Source of the DNA: Eledone cirrhosa
Lineage: Eukaryota
DNA length: 64,000 nucleotides
Assembly: GCA_964016885.1 (NCBI GenBank)
Contig: OZ024742.1
Location: 203,484,001 to 203,548,000, forward strand
Reading direction: 5' to 3'
The translations under genes were made by a program, and so were the position numbers. Below, one piece after another: positions 24,709 through 38,885 of this stretch. Positions within the stretch are counted from its first letter, which is position 1, and every line of letters starts with the position of its first letter. The notes under the pieces were generated by a model. The model saw only the letters and a list, made by a program, of their open reading frames with translations, made no database searches and was not told the origin of the DNA.

Positions 24709-25251
24709 CAGATTAAGATTCCTTTATCCATAATTCAGAAATCCGAAAGTTTTTTAGTGCTGACAGTTTGCCACAAATGTATTTGGTGCTGAATTTATAT
24801 ACGGTTTGTAAGTCTTTATCATGATTCTTTTTATCACAGTAAAAACAAAACATTATTTTTGCATTTAAGTATAATACATATAATACACGTGACAAGAATC
24901 GTTACCTACATTCTTATTTACACAAAATTAATAAGCTTTTGTATAAAACTACCTTCAAGATATATGTAATTTATATAACACTGCTTTCAGGTATACATAA
25001 TTTATTTAAAACTACCTCCATTTAAAACTACCACCAGGATAATTTATATAGAACTAACTCCAGGATATATGTAATTTATAAATAAATCTACCTTTCGTGT
25101 ATATGTATGAGATGAATTATGAAATATAACACCCCAAGCTGTCCCATTTTATGTTTGTTGTATAAAATTATTCCAAACATTATTCCGAAAAATTTCAAAT
25201 CCGAAAATCTTCCCGTCCCAAGTCCTTCGAATAAATGATTGTTAAGTTGTA
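24709..25251. mobile_element. Degenerate pogo/Tigger-like MITE interrupted by ~35-bp tandem repeats
   Basis: CAGATTAAGATTCCTTTATCC.. and ..GAATAAATGATTGTTAAGTTGTA ends. A related 3' end occurs at 32240-32313 next to the same 35-bp tandem (32030-32160). Confidence 0.35.
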
Positions 25252-25467
25252 TTCTAAATCTAAGACACCATATAATGTATAATAAATTTGAGACGCCATA
25301 TATTATATTCTAAATCTAAGAAACAATACATTCTACAACTGAGACACTATACCATATTTCTAAAACTGGGACACCATATATTATATCATAAAACTGGGAT
25401 AATATATATCCTATAATATAAAAGAGAAACACCAATTACCAGAGCCCAAATAGAAGACAATATATAT

Positions 25468-25870
25468 GTCTTCTTCCTGGAAGAGTCATGGGGCAGAGTC
25501 CTCAAACACTTCCTCCTACGGGTCCTGCCGGAAGCAATCGTCTCCAATTGATCCGGCTAGATCCACAAGAAAAACAAACCGAACTCATGGATGTTATCCA
25601 ACTATCTTGCTCGGGGTCTATCCTTGTCTCCTGCGGGCTGATTTTCCTTGTAAAATTGTCTAGCAATTCTTTCCTGAGACATTCTAACCACATGCCCGTA
25701 ATATCGGGGTTGAGATTTCTCAATTCGGAGAAGTAGTGGCTCTACCTGAAGCGATTCTCTGATCTCCGAGCTACGCATTCTATCGTGTAAAATTCCTCCA
25801 AAGAACCTTCGGATAAATCCATCTTCTGCCGCTTGTATTTGCGATCGTATTCTTTCGGCCGAATATGACA
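25468..25870 (-). mobile_element. RTE-clade LINE 3' fragment
   Basis: ORF 25602-25871 ERIRSQIQAAEDGFIRRFFGGILHDRMRSSEIRESLQVEPLLLRIEKSQPRYYGHVVRM. Confidence 0.75.
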
Positions 25871-26152
25871 ATATATATCATATATAAAGCCGAATTGATA
25901 CATTATATATTATATTCAGAAACCAAGACACCGTATAATATATACTAGAAATCAGAAACAATGTACAGTATTTTATAAATAGATGCTATATATTGTAAAC
26001 CTGAGACACTATTTTTTCTATTAATTTACTGGTTTCAGTCATCAAACTGTGACAATTGTGGGTCAGCACATATTTTCGTCAATAATGTTGACCCCAGTAC
26101 TTACTTTTTCAAATTTAGTACAGACGCTATTACACACAAACTTATATATAAT

Positions 26153-26348
26153 GTCCGGAACTAGCTGTTGAAACAGCAAGAGCTCAGCTGCCGGGTGTCA
26201 ACTTTTTATAATATAACCATAGTTTACTACCCCAATTATCGAGTACTATGGTGAGTAATGGTCTAACCAGTTTCAAACTGCATCCATCCTGATCTCACGA
26301 ATGAAACAGTTCTAGTCCTGTAGAAGCTCTTCTATATTAAAACATTAA

Positions 26349-26350
<2 letters not shown>
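26153..26350 (+). mobile_element. PLE 3'-end remnant(s)
   Basis: Hammerhead 3' half GAAACAGC..GCTGCC related to the 19299 family; the tail 26300-26345 matches 49345-49390. Confidence 0.45.
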
Positions 26351-26420
<70 letters not shown>

Positions 26421-26422
<2 letters not shown>

Positions 26423-26935
26423 CTCGTGAGCCACGTATGGTCCCTCAAGGACTCAGGTATAGACTACTCCATTCAATGGAAAGCCATGACTAAGTCCAAG
26501 CCATATGCAAGGGGTAATCCGTCTTGTGGACTGTGTATTGAAGAAAGGATCAATATTCTAAGGAGATTACGCAATAGCCATTGCCTAAATTCAGGAAAGG
26601 AAATCTTCTCACGTTGTCCATATGTCTGGAAACACCTCTTGCATAACTACAAAGCTCCGGATTGAATAACAACAATATTTTAATTTTCTAATCAACTCGA
26701 ACACCTTTTCCGGACTTTCGCAGTTATCTCCCTTACACCGTTCGCCCGTGGCTGTGTATCGCTTGGGTGAAGTGACGCGTTCATACGGAATCAAGACCTA
26801 TCTGAGGACCTTGAGATTTTCAGAGTCAGGGTCGATCATCGCATCGATCGTGCCTCGAGCTGGTAGCCAGAGAAACGATTGTAGTATGTCCAATAAATAC
26901 CATTCGTCGCAACACTGATTCTCTTTTTTTCTGTG
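26421..26935 (+). mobile_element. Naiad-type PLE 3' fragment (GIY-YIG C-terminus + 3' UTR with hammerhead)
   Basis: ORF 26426-26665 (HVWSLKDSGIDYSIQW..CGLCIEE..CLN..EIFSRCP) is homologous to 50779-51180; (TA)n flanks. Confidence 0.8.
26795..26890 (+). ncRNA. Type I hammerhead ribozyme with large stem II domain
   Basis: GACCTAT-CTGAGGA(26802)-~63 nt-GAAACGATTGTA-GTATGTC. A related 3' half lies inverted at 29320-29390. Confidence 0.5.
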
Positions 26936-26993
26936 ATATATATATATATATTGGAAAGTGTGTGAAATCCTTGGTACAGTTAAGTGTATTTCA

Positions 26994-27186
26994 AAAAGGG
27001 AAAAGAATGACTTCACTCGTAGTTCTAAACAATTTAATTTAATTTTATAATATTATGATTTTACAACTTGGTTTCGTAGATCTAGTTTTGTAGAACTACA
27101 TCTACAAAACCAAATTTTAAAATCATAATATTATAAAATTCAATTAAATTGTTTAGAGCTACAAGTGAAGTCATTCTTTTCCTTTT
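26994..27186. repeat. Inverted repeat, ~95-bp arms
   Basis: AAAAGGGAAAAGAATGACTTCACT..GTAGATCTAGTT / AACTACATCTAC..AGTGAAGTCATTCTTTTCCTTTT. Confidence 0.8.
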
Positions 27187-27188
27187 AT

Positions 27189-27334
<146 letters not shown>

Positions 27335-27339
27335 TTCTT

Positions 27340-27375
27340 TCTTCTGATGAAGGACTAGCGTCCGAAACGTTAAGA
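27340..27375 (+). ncRNA. Minimal type I hammerhead ribozyme
   Basis: TCTT-CTGATGA-A-GGAC(TAGC)GTCC-GAAACGTT-AAGA. A variant (CTGGTGA-AGGAC..GTCCGA) is cut by the window end at ~63975-64000. Confidence 0.8.
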
Positions 27376-27479
27376 CCCTCTTCCTGTTATTTCAACCGTT
27401 AACCTAATATATTCCTTCCATGTATTGTACTGATTGTATTGTTATTTCTGTTACCTTTTACATATACATATATATATAC

Positions 27480-27633
27480 GAAGAGCTTCTGCAAATATCC
27501 GCCTATTAACTTTCACACAAGGAGTATCTAGACGAAGCTATAGCTGAAGACACTTTCCCAAGGTGTCATGCAGTGGAACTGAATTCAAAGTTAGGTGGTT
27601 GCGAAGTGAACTCGTAACCACACAGTCATGCCT
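27480..27633 (-). mobile_element. tRNA-derived SINE (family 2, CORE-like), degenerate
   Basis: Plus strand GAAGACACTTTCCCAAGGTGTCATGCAGTGGAACTGAATTC..GCGAAG..AACCACACAGTCATGCC; related copy at 42525-42670. Confidence 0.55.
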
Positions 27634-27826
27634 GGGTCAATATAATCTATATATAACAGAGAATGTCTGTTCGAACACATGTATACTTGTATCGGTGTTC
27701 ATCTCTCTCATATATTCATTTGTATTACACGGCTCGGAAATATTCCCTTCTTTGAGTTATTTAATTGTAAAAGACTATTTTGAATTTATAACTCAATATA
27801 TGATATATATATATATATATATATAA

Positions 27827-28167
27827 TACATTATAAAGAAGAAAGGAACATTAGACATAAATAAAACAAATATAAATACCCAATATTCCTTTACATTCTC
27901 GACGGTACAGTTTCGCGGCTACTTTGCAAAAATACTACATCATAAAGCTGTAGTATTTTTGTGAGTTTTGCCAGCTTGCGGACGTTTTTGAAACTTTAAA
28001 TGGGGTATTCTCTTGATAAGCTGGCAAACCTCACAAAAATACTACATCTCTATGATGTAGTGTTTTTGCAAAGTATCCGCGAAACTGTACAGTCGAGAAT
28101 GTAAAGGAATATTGGGTATTTATATTTTTTTATTTATGTCTAATGTTTCTTCTTTCTTTATAATGTA
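27827..28167 (+). mobile_element. PLE remnant with ~150-bp inverted arms and a decayed hammerhead
   Basis: Arms 27827-27977 and 28018-28167. ATTCTC-TTGATAA(core decayed)-long stem II-GAAACTGTACAGTC-GAGAAT at 28007-28100. Confidence 0.6.
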
Positions 28168-29046
28168 CTAGCAGTAAAGCCCGGCGTTGCTCGGGGTCGC
28201 TCAGTAGCTGTGTTAAAGTTACAATGTTAAGTTTCTTTCTTGGCTTAAAAACTGTAGTGTCTACTGTGCAGACTTGCATGTGGTGTTTTTGATTAATATT
28301 CCCTCAACCAACAATATGCCTTATGAAGTTAAGAAAACATAACGATAACCCGAATGTTATAACAAAAGAGGATGCTGGGGATAGAAACTGCACTGGTTAT
28401 TTATTAACAAAGATCGAAAATGTAAACACTGCAACGCAGAGAAAAACATTAGCGTAACCAAATTATCAGTTACGTCTGTCTGCACGCCTATATCACCTCT
28501 CTGCACGACTGTCTGTCTGCACGCCTATATCACCTCTCTGCACGACTATATCACCTCTCTGCACGACTGTCTGTCTGCACGCCTAACGAAATTTACAGAT
28601 ACATATATTTTATATAAACTTATATAATTTTTGCTTTTTTTTACGAAATATTTGCTTGTTTTAAGTAGTTTTTAAATAGACTTGTTTTCAAGTAAAAATA
28701 TTGTTTTAAAAGGCTTGTTTTACGTAGTCTTTAAATCGTGTATTGTGTTAATGTCATTTTAAACGCTGAGAAAGCCAGCGTAATTTTTTTAATTTTTGCA
28801 CGCAGACGCTCAATGTAAACAGAACAAAGGGAAATAACTGATCACTTACGCTCAAAAATCGATACATTATATTCGATTTCGTCACATAGGGTGGGTCAAT
28901 TTGAAATTTTTTTTTTCCGATGTCTTCGCTAGGGCTGAATGTACAAGTATAGCAATTTCGGTGCAATTCCGTGAGAGATTCTAAGAGGAGATGTGTGCCA
29001 AAAATCGATAGACAGACAGACAACCACAGTTTTATATATATAGATT
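28166..29046 (+). mobile_element. Non-autonomous Helitron/Helentron-like element
   Basis: TACTAGCAGTAAAGCCCGGCGTTGCTCGGG start; ACAGACAGACAACCACAGTTTTATATATATAGATT end; internal short tandem repeats at 28475-28585. Confidence 0.65.
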
Positions 29047-29188
29047 ATATAGCTCTGATATAAAGTCAATCTAATCCATTCAGATTATTTTGTCCCTATT
29101 AATCATAGAGCAACAACGGTTAAGGTTGGCACCACACAAATTCAGGGATATATGTGTGTATATGCATGTATCTGTGTATTTCTTTTTT

Positions 29189-29242
<54 letters not shown>

Positions 29243-29395
29243 AAAAAGAAATACACAGATACAAGCATATACACACATATATCGCTGAATTATATCACAG
29301 AAAAAAAGAGAAACAGTGTTGGACATACTACAATCGTTTCTCTGGCGACCAGCTCGAGGCACGATCGATGTGATGAGCGAACCTGAGTCAACATA

Positions 29396-29690
29396 ATCTA
29401 TATATCTAAAACAGAGAATGTCTGTCTGTCTGTCTATCTGACTCCCTAAAACTCGAGAACCACCCAACCGATTGTTTTCAAACTTTACACATGTAATACT
29501 TATTGTCCTGTGAGTGTTTTGAGCAAAAACAAATTCAAATTTTCAATACCCTAGGGACCGCATTAGGCGATTTAGCGATCTCTCTATAATTCTTAATCTT
29601 TCTTTTTAGATAGATACATAGATACAACGTTGCGCCCTTATAATATCTGTCTGACGTCGCTATCTGTGTGTGTATATGTATATATAGTGT

Positions 29691-29729
<39 letters not shown>

Positions 29730-29844
29730 GTGTGTAACGTTTTCCGAAATATTTACTTCTGCGTTCACAGATTGATTTTTTTAGTTTCAGAAGATCCCGT
29801 TGAGGGTGAAAGCAGCGATTCTTTGCTTAAATTTTAATTTGTTA

Positions 29845-29909
<65 letters not shown>

Positions 29910-30050
29910 GTGTACAGATATTTTTGCATACACAATAACAAAATATAAACAAACGTATTTATTTCACGAGGTTCGATGAGGATAAATATATATCAAATAT
30001 ATAAGAACCCTAGAGCAAATACCGAGCAACGCCGGGCCATTCTGCTAGTA
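29396..30050 (-). mobile_element. Non-autonomous Helitron/Helentron-like element with nested PLE remnants
   Basis: Minus-strand start TACTAGCAGAATGGCCCGGCGTTGCTCGG; end AGACAGACAGACATTCTCTGTTTTAGATATATAGAT. Confidence 0.5.
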
Positions 30051-30404
30051 TGTTATAAAACTAAGACGCGATATATTATATAGAACTGATACAAAATATA
30101 TTAGATGTTAAAAGAGAAACAGAACATAACTCTTAAAACATAGACACTACGGTGTATCTAAAAATGAGACATACATTCTAGAGGTCTCTAAACCAAACAT
30201 GGATAAGCTTTTCTCCCCGAGAGCCATTTGGAATCTCTTCATCATTCCTAGCATGTGGCATTCCAAATGAGCCCTGAATTTACTATTTTCTTACTTTTAG
30301 CAGATACAAATCCAAATATTATCCACTCAAATGTATTATGTAAACTAAAGAATGTAACAATGTAACTGATTAAACTGAATTTAATATTACTTTGCTTTAT
30401 AAGT

Positions 30405-30585
30405 CGGGTGGGGCGAATATTGGCAGAGTGTCGAATAGAATGCAATTGTGGTATTTGTTCTGACTCTTTATATTCTGAGTTCAAATCCCGCCGATCTAAA
30501 CTTTGCCGTTCATCTTTCTGGGGTCGATAAAATAAAGTACGTCTTAAGAACTACAAAGTTGCTGACCTTGTATCTAAATTAGAAA
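30405..30585 (+). mobile_element. tRNA-derived SINE (family 1, diverged)
   Basis: TGGCAGAGTGTCG..GAGTTCAAATCCCGCC..GGGGTCGATAAAATAAAGTAC; another decayed copy at ~30893-31020. Confidence 0.65.
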
Positions 30586-31038
30586 ATCGTTTTATAGATT
30601 TTATAAATCAGTTACTCATACTCTTCATGAGACATATGCAATTGCCCGCAACTCTGTACGAATTTTTTGTCTTTATTCAGTATACTTGTGGTTTATATGC
30701 TGGACAGAATGCGAATTTGAGCCAGTTAGGGACGTTAATCTATACGGGAATGACTTGATGTCTTGAATTGCAAACATTACATTACTTTTCAAAACCATTT
30801 GAGGGTCGTATATTGACCGGGGAGTGTTCGTGCATACATGCTCTATATCCACTATTTTGGTTTCCAGTTGTAGTTAAGCTATTCTACTTAAATGGTGGCA
30901 AGTGACGAATGGACAGAGTAGCAAATTATAGTAGCAAATTTAACGCCCTGAGTTCAAATCCTGCTGAGGTCAACTTTACCTTCATCCTTTCGGCGTCGAT
31001 AAAATATCACTACTTGGGTCAATTCTTTCCCCCCCACC

Positions 31039-31121
<83 letters not shown>

Positions 31122-32483
31122 TGTGTTTTTTAGTCTTTTTTTCTTTCTCCTTCACTAGAGAAGGGACTCCACCAGAGTTAAATGCAGAAAACACGCTATA
31201 TGCCACAATAGCGTCCCTATGACTTCCTCGCGAGTTTAGAGCCCATGTAGAGTATTGAGGCACTTCATTAATGACACTAACATCTACCGGCAATGCATGA
31301 ATTCACAATATCACTTCTCTACCTCATTACGAATTATTGCTATAGTATTTACTGAATTAGAATTTAACCGATTAGGATATTGGACACAGTCACAAGGTCA
31401 TGGCTTCTATTCCTGTACCGTGGAGAAATACTTGTGTCCTCGAGAAATACTTCATTCCACGTTGTTCCTATTCGCTTAGCTGAAAATGAGTACCAGCTAG
31501 GCGTTAACCACTGCAACGTACTGGTACCGTTTCAGGAGCTTGTTGGAAGAGATATTTCATACTAGGACCGGTGCTCGTATCATTAAAACACCCGAGAAAC
31601 TTCCTATGGGATTCAACATAGGAGGCCAGCTAAACCTACTTAGATATGAGCAACAACATTGTCAATATAAGGTGCTATATGTGCTTGTACAGTTATTTAT
31701 ATTTATATATGTCTGCAACTTCAGAATTTACACACACATACATATGAACTCAATGAATATCCTATCACAGTCGTGTTGCTACAATAAGAAATTCGCATTC
31801 CAATCACAAGGTTTTATATCTGTCCCTGTAAATAGTTTATTTCTCCGAAGTTACTCAAGCATTAAATTCTGTATGACATTTGTACACACATAAAATTTAT
31901 GTAATTATATCCTAGAAATAAATTATTTAAATATCAATTTTATCTTTAATCACTTCCACCTGTCAGTATTCCCATAAATTATAGGCCTTTTATTATGCGA
32001 ACCATTAATTTATCGAAACGTATATGCAATTTATATACACCTGCTGTGTATATATAATCTATATATAACTACCTTCAGGGTATATGTAATTCATATAAAG
32101 TTACCTTCGATGCATATGTAATTTATATAAAACTACCTTCAGGTATACATATAAATTGCTTTAGGAAATGTAAATGCGTATTGTGTTTAGACTTATTGTC
32201 CATCCTTAAGTTGTTCAATTTCATGGATGCTGTATAGACCAAAATCCGAAGAAATACGAAATCCGAAACACTTCCGGTATCGAGCATCTCAAATAAAGGA
32301 TTCTTAAGCTGTAATACCGATTAGGAAGGGAATTAAATCAAAGCTTCCCATTTCTACTCAACGTTATAGCTCGGAGACACTGTGGTTATTTGGAAGCAAT
32401 TATGACATTGCATTCAATATAACACCTCAAAAAGGCGGCAGAAATTTGAGATAGAGGTACAACAAAAGACACAAAAAAAAACA

Positions 32484-32536
<53 letters not shown>

Positions 32537-32845
32537 GTATGTGTGTGAGTGAGAGAGAGAGAGTGAGTGAATTTGGGTACAACTGTATATGTGTATATCC
32601 ATATGTATGTGATGTGTGTGCATGTAAATATATATACATATATATACTTACATGCACACACATCACATACATATGGATATACACATTTACAGTTGTACAC
32701 AAGCAAAAAAATACATATATACAAACGAACATACACACATACGCATACATAAATAGATACATAAATAGATACATAAACATATACAGTCACGCAGACATAC
32801 ACTACTATATACAAATAAACATTTACACATCCACACACACATATT

Positions 32846-32968
<123 letters not shown>

Positions 32969-33553
32969 GCACAGTCCTATAGAGAGAAACACTATATCAG
33001 ACATAAATAAACAGACACAGACATACAAAACATACACACCTACAGGCAAAATATGCACGTACATTGACGCACACATGCAAAGACACACACCTATAAATAC
33101 ACCAGGACATATTCTAACACACTCATAAACATACACGCACATTTATACACACACACACAAACGCACACACATACGCACATACGTCCATAGACACGCACAC
33201 ACACACATACACACACACGCGCGTCCATAGACACACAGGGTAGAGAGGAGAACCAATGCAAAACAAAGCGAGATTTAATTAAAGCCTGTAAAATCGAAGA
33301 GGAAGGCAAAGAAATCACTGAAGAGACCTTCGTTCGGAAGAAATCAATAAAAAAGGCAATAATCGATTATAGAATTTATTAATTTTGCTAGACACACTAG
33401 AAAGCAGCAACATTAAATCACACTGGTGGGTGTAGTGTATGGTGGGGCGGAAGGTAACGCTTTTAACTCGATTGCTATAGATCTATATCATTCGTTTTCC
33501 TTCTAATAGAATATTTTATCCCAAGAAATTACATGCGAATATATATATATATA

Positions 33554-33603
<50 letters not shown>

Positions 33604-33609
33604 ATTATA

Positions 33610-33665
<56 letters not shown>

Positions 33666-33671
33666 ATTATA

Positions 33672-33715
<44 letters not shown>

Positions 33716-33917
33716 CATGCATTTATTTATATATATATATATATATATACATATGTATTTTCATTTATACATATACATTTAAATATATATATATTTCACG
33801 CATGCGCGTGAAATATAGCTTACGTAACCATTCCCATTCTCTTGGAGGTTCCAAGGTCAGGATTATTTTCAAAATGTTCCATAGAGACTCGTATTTTTCT
33901 ACTTACCGAATATATAC

Positions 33918-34056
<139 letters not shown>

Positions 34057-34194
34057 CATACACTCTATATATACATATTTATATGCATAAATACACATTA
34101 TATATACGTATGTGCATACGTATATGCATATACATATGTGCATATACTCTATATATACATATTTATATGCATAAATACACATTATATATACATA

Positions 34195-34251
<57 letters not shown>

Positions 34252-34436
34252 GTATAAATGAGGAGTTTCTTGTAGAAATGTACATAGTGTATTCAAATAT
34301 TAAGTAAAGGAAAAATCAGAAGAGAGCTTACGATTATTTCCTTGTAGGAAAATGTCACACTGACATCGTAGTTGGAAATGGCACAATTATATATGTATAT
34401 ATCTAAATACAATTGTACACACACACACACACACAG

Positions 34437-34492
<56 letters not shown>

Positions 34493-34660
34493 ATATATAT
34501 ATATATATATTATATATATGCGTTTGTGTGTGTGTGTAATGGAATTTCGTATTTCCGAAGAAATACGGTATGTTTAAAATAAACATTTAGAGGGCCGTAA
34601 CTGTGTCAAAACTCCAGCGACTAACGCCGTCTGGCGGTGTCCAGCAGAAGCAAGAACGAC

Positions 34661-34708
34661 AATTGTGGATGCGCATTTCGAACTGAACTGGTTCTCATCA
34701 GCACGATC
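34661..34708 (-). ncRNA. Type I hammerhead ribozyme
   Basis: Minus strand GATCGTG-CTGATGA-GAAC(CAGTTCA)GTTC-GAAATGCGCATC-CACAATT. Confidence 0.75.
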
Positions 34709-35329
34709 CCTCCAACTCTTGCAACAGCTGGACTGTGAAAACAGGAATATATATAGGAAAAAGAAGTTGAAAATGGAGTCTTTAAGAATATTCATTTACA
34801 CCAACTCATAACTTAACCGGTTTCACAGGTTTCATGATTTCCAAAGTGAAGAGAGAAGGAGAGATGTGTGACCATGCCGACTTGTAAATCACATGTAACT
34901 GATATTGGGGATTTTTTTCAGTTTCATGCCAAAACAATATAGTTCAGATTGCTATGTCTGAAGTAAAATTTGATAGGTTGAGGAAGATCACCTGATTAAG
35001 CATCGAATTTTGTGGTAATTTTGCACCAAAAAATCCCGCGTGTCTTGGTTCTTTCAGTTTTATGCAAAAAAAAGTGGCTCAAATTGCTATCTGTTTAAAG
35101 TATAATTTGTTAGGCTGAGGATGATCTCATAATTAGGCACCGAATTTTGTGGTAATTTCGCGCTAAAAACGTGAGTTTCATGGTTTAGTGAATATGGACA
35201 GTGGCAATTCCTGTTTTTCGTGTGTTCAGTAGTCAAAGGAAATTGTTATTGTCTTGAGGCAATCCCAAAATCCAAACGTACAGGGATTTTGATTGTATAT
35301 GTGTAGATGATAATTTATTATTATTATTA

Positions 35330-35517
35330 CGGTGAATTGGCAGTATCGGTAGAGGGTTGGACGCCATGCTTTCTAGCATAGTTACGTCCCTTTACAGTCT
35401 GAGTTCAAATCCCGCCGAGGTTAACTTTACCTTTCATCCTTACGGGGTCGATAAAATAAAGTACCAGTAAAGTACTGGGTAATTGCTGGCCTTGTGCCTA
35501 AAGTAGAAACAATTATT
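35330..35517 (+). mobile_element. tRNA-derived SINE (family 1)
   Basis: Full family sequence between (TTA)n runs. Confidence 0.85.
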
Positions 35518-36018
35518 ACCATTACTATCATAATGACAGCTGTAATGATAATTGTCTAATCAACAAAACGAACACGAATTACCCTTGGCTGTGTGTGTGT
35601 GGTGTATGTGTTTATGATTTTGGTGTGACGTGGTGGGGTGTGGTATGTATGTGAGTGTTTGTGGTGTGTGTGTGTGTTTCTATTTATGGTGTGGTGTGTA
35701 TGTATGTGTTTGTGGTATGTGTGTGTGTTTGTGTTTAAGGTGTGGTGTGTATGTATGTGTTTATGTTTCTGGTGTGGTGTGGTGTGTGTGTTTGTGGTGG
35801 GGTGTGGGTGTATGTGGTGTGGTGTGTTTGTGTTTGTGGTGGGGTATGGTGGGGTATGTATGTGTGTTTTATTGTTGTAATGTTGTGTGGTATATTTGTG
35901 GTGTGGTGTGTATGTGAGTGTTTGTGGAGTGGAGTAGTGTGTACGTTGGTTTGTTATGGTTCAGTAAGTAGCCGGTTACACAAATATTTTCTTTATTTTG
36001 AATACATACATATGTGTA

Positions 36019-36210
36019 TACGAGGGCCGGTTGAAAAGTTCATAGGTTGACTATAAAGGAATGATACTAGGGCTGTTAATTAATGGATTAATTTCAATTA
36101 TTATCTATAACTACATTGTTTCTTTGCCAGTACTGTGTTGAAAAATAAACCCCATTTGGTCATTCCATGAGAGTATCTTGATCAACCAATGATTCTTTTC
36201 ACCCGACCAT
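36019..36210. mobile_element. Degenerate mariner-type MITE
   Basis: TACGAGGGCCGGTTGAAAAGTTC start; decayed complementary end CTTTTCACCCGACC. Confidence 0.4.
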
Positions 36211-37261
36211 TGCTATATTAAACCTCAGCCAAAATTAGGATTTAGGCTTAAGTGTAATATGTTTATTTTGATATTTTATCTTTATAGTTTGTTATAATCC
36301 CTATTTTATGTTAAAATCTCCTCTATTCATGCATTTTAAGTTATAAGTTTCTTAGTAACTAAAACTTCATTTAATCATGAAAACTTGGCACTACACTATA
36401 GTCGTACTATATTATCATAGTATCACTTTGTTTACAATCTTACTATGTTACAAGTTTTACAAAAATAAACAAAGCTAAGAGTAAATAGATTATCTGCAAT
36501 TACATTGCTCTACTAGATTAAAGGTTTTTATAAGCGTTTGTTCTTCTATATGTGGGTAGGAGTAAGCCAGTTTTGGGATACTGTTATTGGCACATATTCT
36601 TCATTGGCCATACTTAAATATGGAATGATACAGCCCCGGCGGACAGGATGGAGAACGCGTTTCCCCGGACGACGGCAAGGGAGACACGCTGGAAAAGCCA
36701 CTCCAACTCGCGGATTATAGCTATGTTTATGCTTCTATAAATGTTAATTGTTTTTCTTAATTTATTCTATTAATATTAATTTTATAACTTCAATGAATAA
36801 GTGTAATTGAACTTATATGTTCTAGTTGTATAGTTATAACACTAATTTAGTAAATATGTGTATCAATGTATGATAGTTCACATAATATTTATAGTTACTG
36901 GATGTTATATCTTAATTTTTAGCACTGATAAATTTTAATTTGGTCTTTAAGCTTCCATAAACGTCTAACATTTCTCCAATAAGGTTTAAATGCAAATGTT
37001 TCAATGCAAGTGTTTCTATGCAAGTGTTTAAATGTAAGTGTTCCACTGAAATTCATGATAATATAAGGTAAATATTATTTGTATTTAATCGATTCTGATT
37101 AGCTAATTCTAACAGGTATGTGTTTCTGTAACCGAGTATGTAACCGAGACTGCACCAAGATATATGAAGTTATACACATACCTAATATGTGGGTATTTAA
37201 TCATACCAGAAAATAGGAATTTCCCTGTAAATTGAAAAAATGTGGTTGATTGAATAATATA

Positions 37262-37312
37262 TACGTCGTCTGATGAAGGTCCAATTAAATCTGAAAATCG
37301 ATTAAATGCGTT
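37262..37312 (+). ncRNA. Degenerate type I hammerhead; second direct copy at ~37850-37900
   Basis: CTGATGA-AGGTCCAATTAAATCT-GAAAATCGATTA; the copy reads ACGTCTT-CTAATGA-GAGTCCAATTAGATCT-GAAAATCGAATA-AAGATGT. Confidence 0.5.
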
Positions 37313-37544
37313 TATCATTTTTTTCATTTTACGGGACATTCTGGCATGTCGTAAACATGCCAGAATGTCTACGTATTAGATAAATGTATATATTATTACA
37401 CGTTGGTGCAATCTCGATTATACACCTCTTACCATACATCTTAATTACCAACACGAGAGCTAATTATATGCAGGTTTGTGCGTCCGTTTCAGAATAACAT
37501 TAATAGGGAATAGGTATATATCTAAAGTCTGTTTTAAGCCAGAA

Positions 37545-37789
37545 GGCTCATTTGAGTGGTGCTTATCCCGATTTCATGAGGTGAAGCGACTGAGAGTAAA
37601 AGACTGCCCCTGGACAGGACACCAGTCTATCTCAGGGTTAAACCCCCAGTTATTGCTGGTACTTATTTTCAGAAGAGCAACGTGAAATGAAATGTTTTGC
37701 TTAAGAACACAATACGCAACCCAGGAATCGAACACACGACATTATGATCGTAAGTCCAACACTCTTACCACTAGGCCAAGTGACTCCAC
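37545..37789 (-). mobile_element. tRNA-derived SINE (family 3)
   Basis: Minus-strand head TGGCCTAGTGGTAAGAGTGTTGGACT..GTTCGATTCC, then TGTGTTCTTAAGCAAAACATTTC and AAATAAGTACCAGC. Related decayed copies at ~31370-31500 and ~44130-44430. Confidence 0.7.
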
Positions 37790-38805
37790 TACATAGGTAT
37801 ATATACACCTACCATATACATATTGCTTTGTGGTTGATTAGATGTATACACGTCTTCTAATGAGAGTCCAATTAGATCTGAAAATCGAATAAAGATGTTT
37901 ATCACTTTTTCAATTTATTTATAGGGAAAATTCGTCGTCGTTTTTTTCCCGACACCAAAACACAATAGAAAGCTAACATGGAGTTTCCACCAATCGCACT
38001 GCCCGGTTGGCTGAGGGCGCTTGGAGGCATTCCAGTTTCCAAAATAATAATTATCGTAATGAACAGGAAGTCTGATGAGCTATCGATTCCAGAGTCGAGC
38101 GTGATCCAATCATACCTTGACCTGATCGATCGCGAAATGCAAGTCACGTGTGAATAAACGATGTTATATTGATACTTCATTCCTGCTCCTTATTGAAATA
38201 GTGAATATTTTTTCTTTGTAACTCTGTTTTAATTATTTTCCTCGCTCTCTCTCACACAATTCTAACACTACCCTACACAATACTTCCGTTTAAACCTTTC
38301 TTTCCTCATTTGGCAATGTGACCACCGACCAATTCAGTCGATCTCACCACATCCCTTGTTTGTTAATACTTATTCCAGGACTTATGCCCCACCAACTTGT
38401 ATTAATTTATTCCATTCCTTCCTAAGGTTGCGACCCACACTTATATGTGCTGCTTTCGTTTGTAACCTTTTCCTGTCCCGATTCGCTATGTTGATATTTC
38501 TTTGCTTTTTTCTGTTTTTTCTATTTTTTCTTCGCCCAACATCCGTTGTGTTTTCTTCCCGAATAACTATCCTAGGATAGTTATTGATGTACTGTGGTGA
38601 ATAGTTCTGTCTTTAAAGCATTGGAAACTATAATGATTCACAGAAGACAGCTGATGAGCGGGAATTGTCCTTGTATTTATGTCTTCCGAATTTTCTCTTT
38701 CCTTATTTCTCCCACGTGTATTTTAATATATATATGTGTGTGTGTCTGAGTATGTGTGTGAGTGTGTGTGCTGAGGGTTAGACTGATTGGAGCAATAACG
38801 GTCTG

Positions 38806-38885
<80 letters not shown>

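Noticed and set aside
33316-33352. CTGAAGA..GAAA hammerhead candidate
   Set aside because: Stems I and III cannot be paired.
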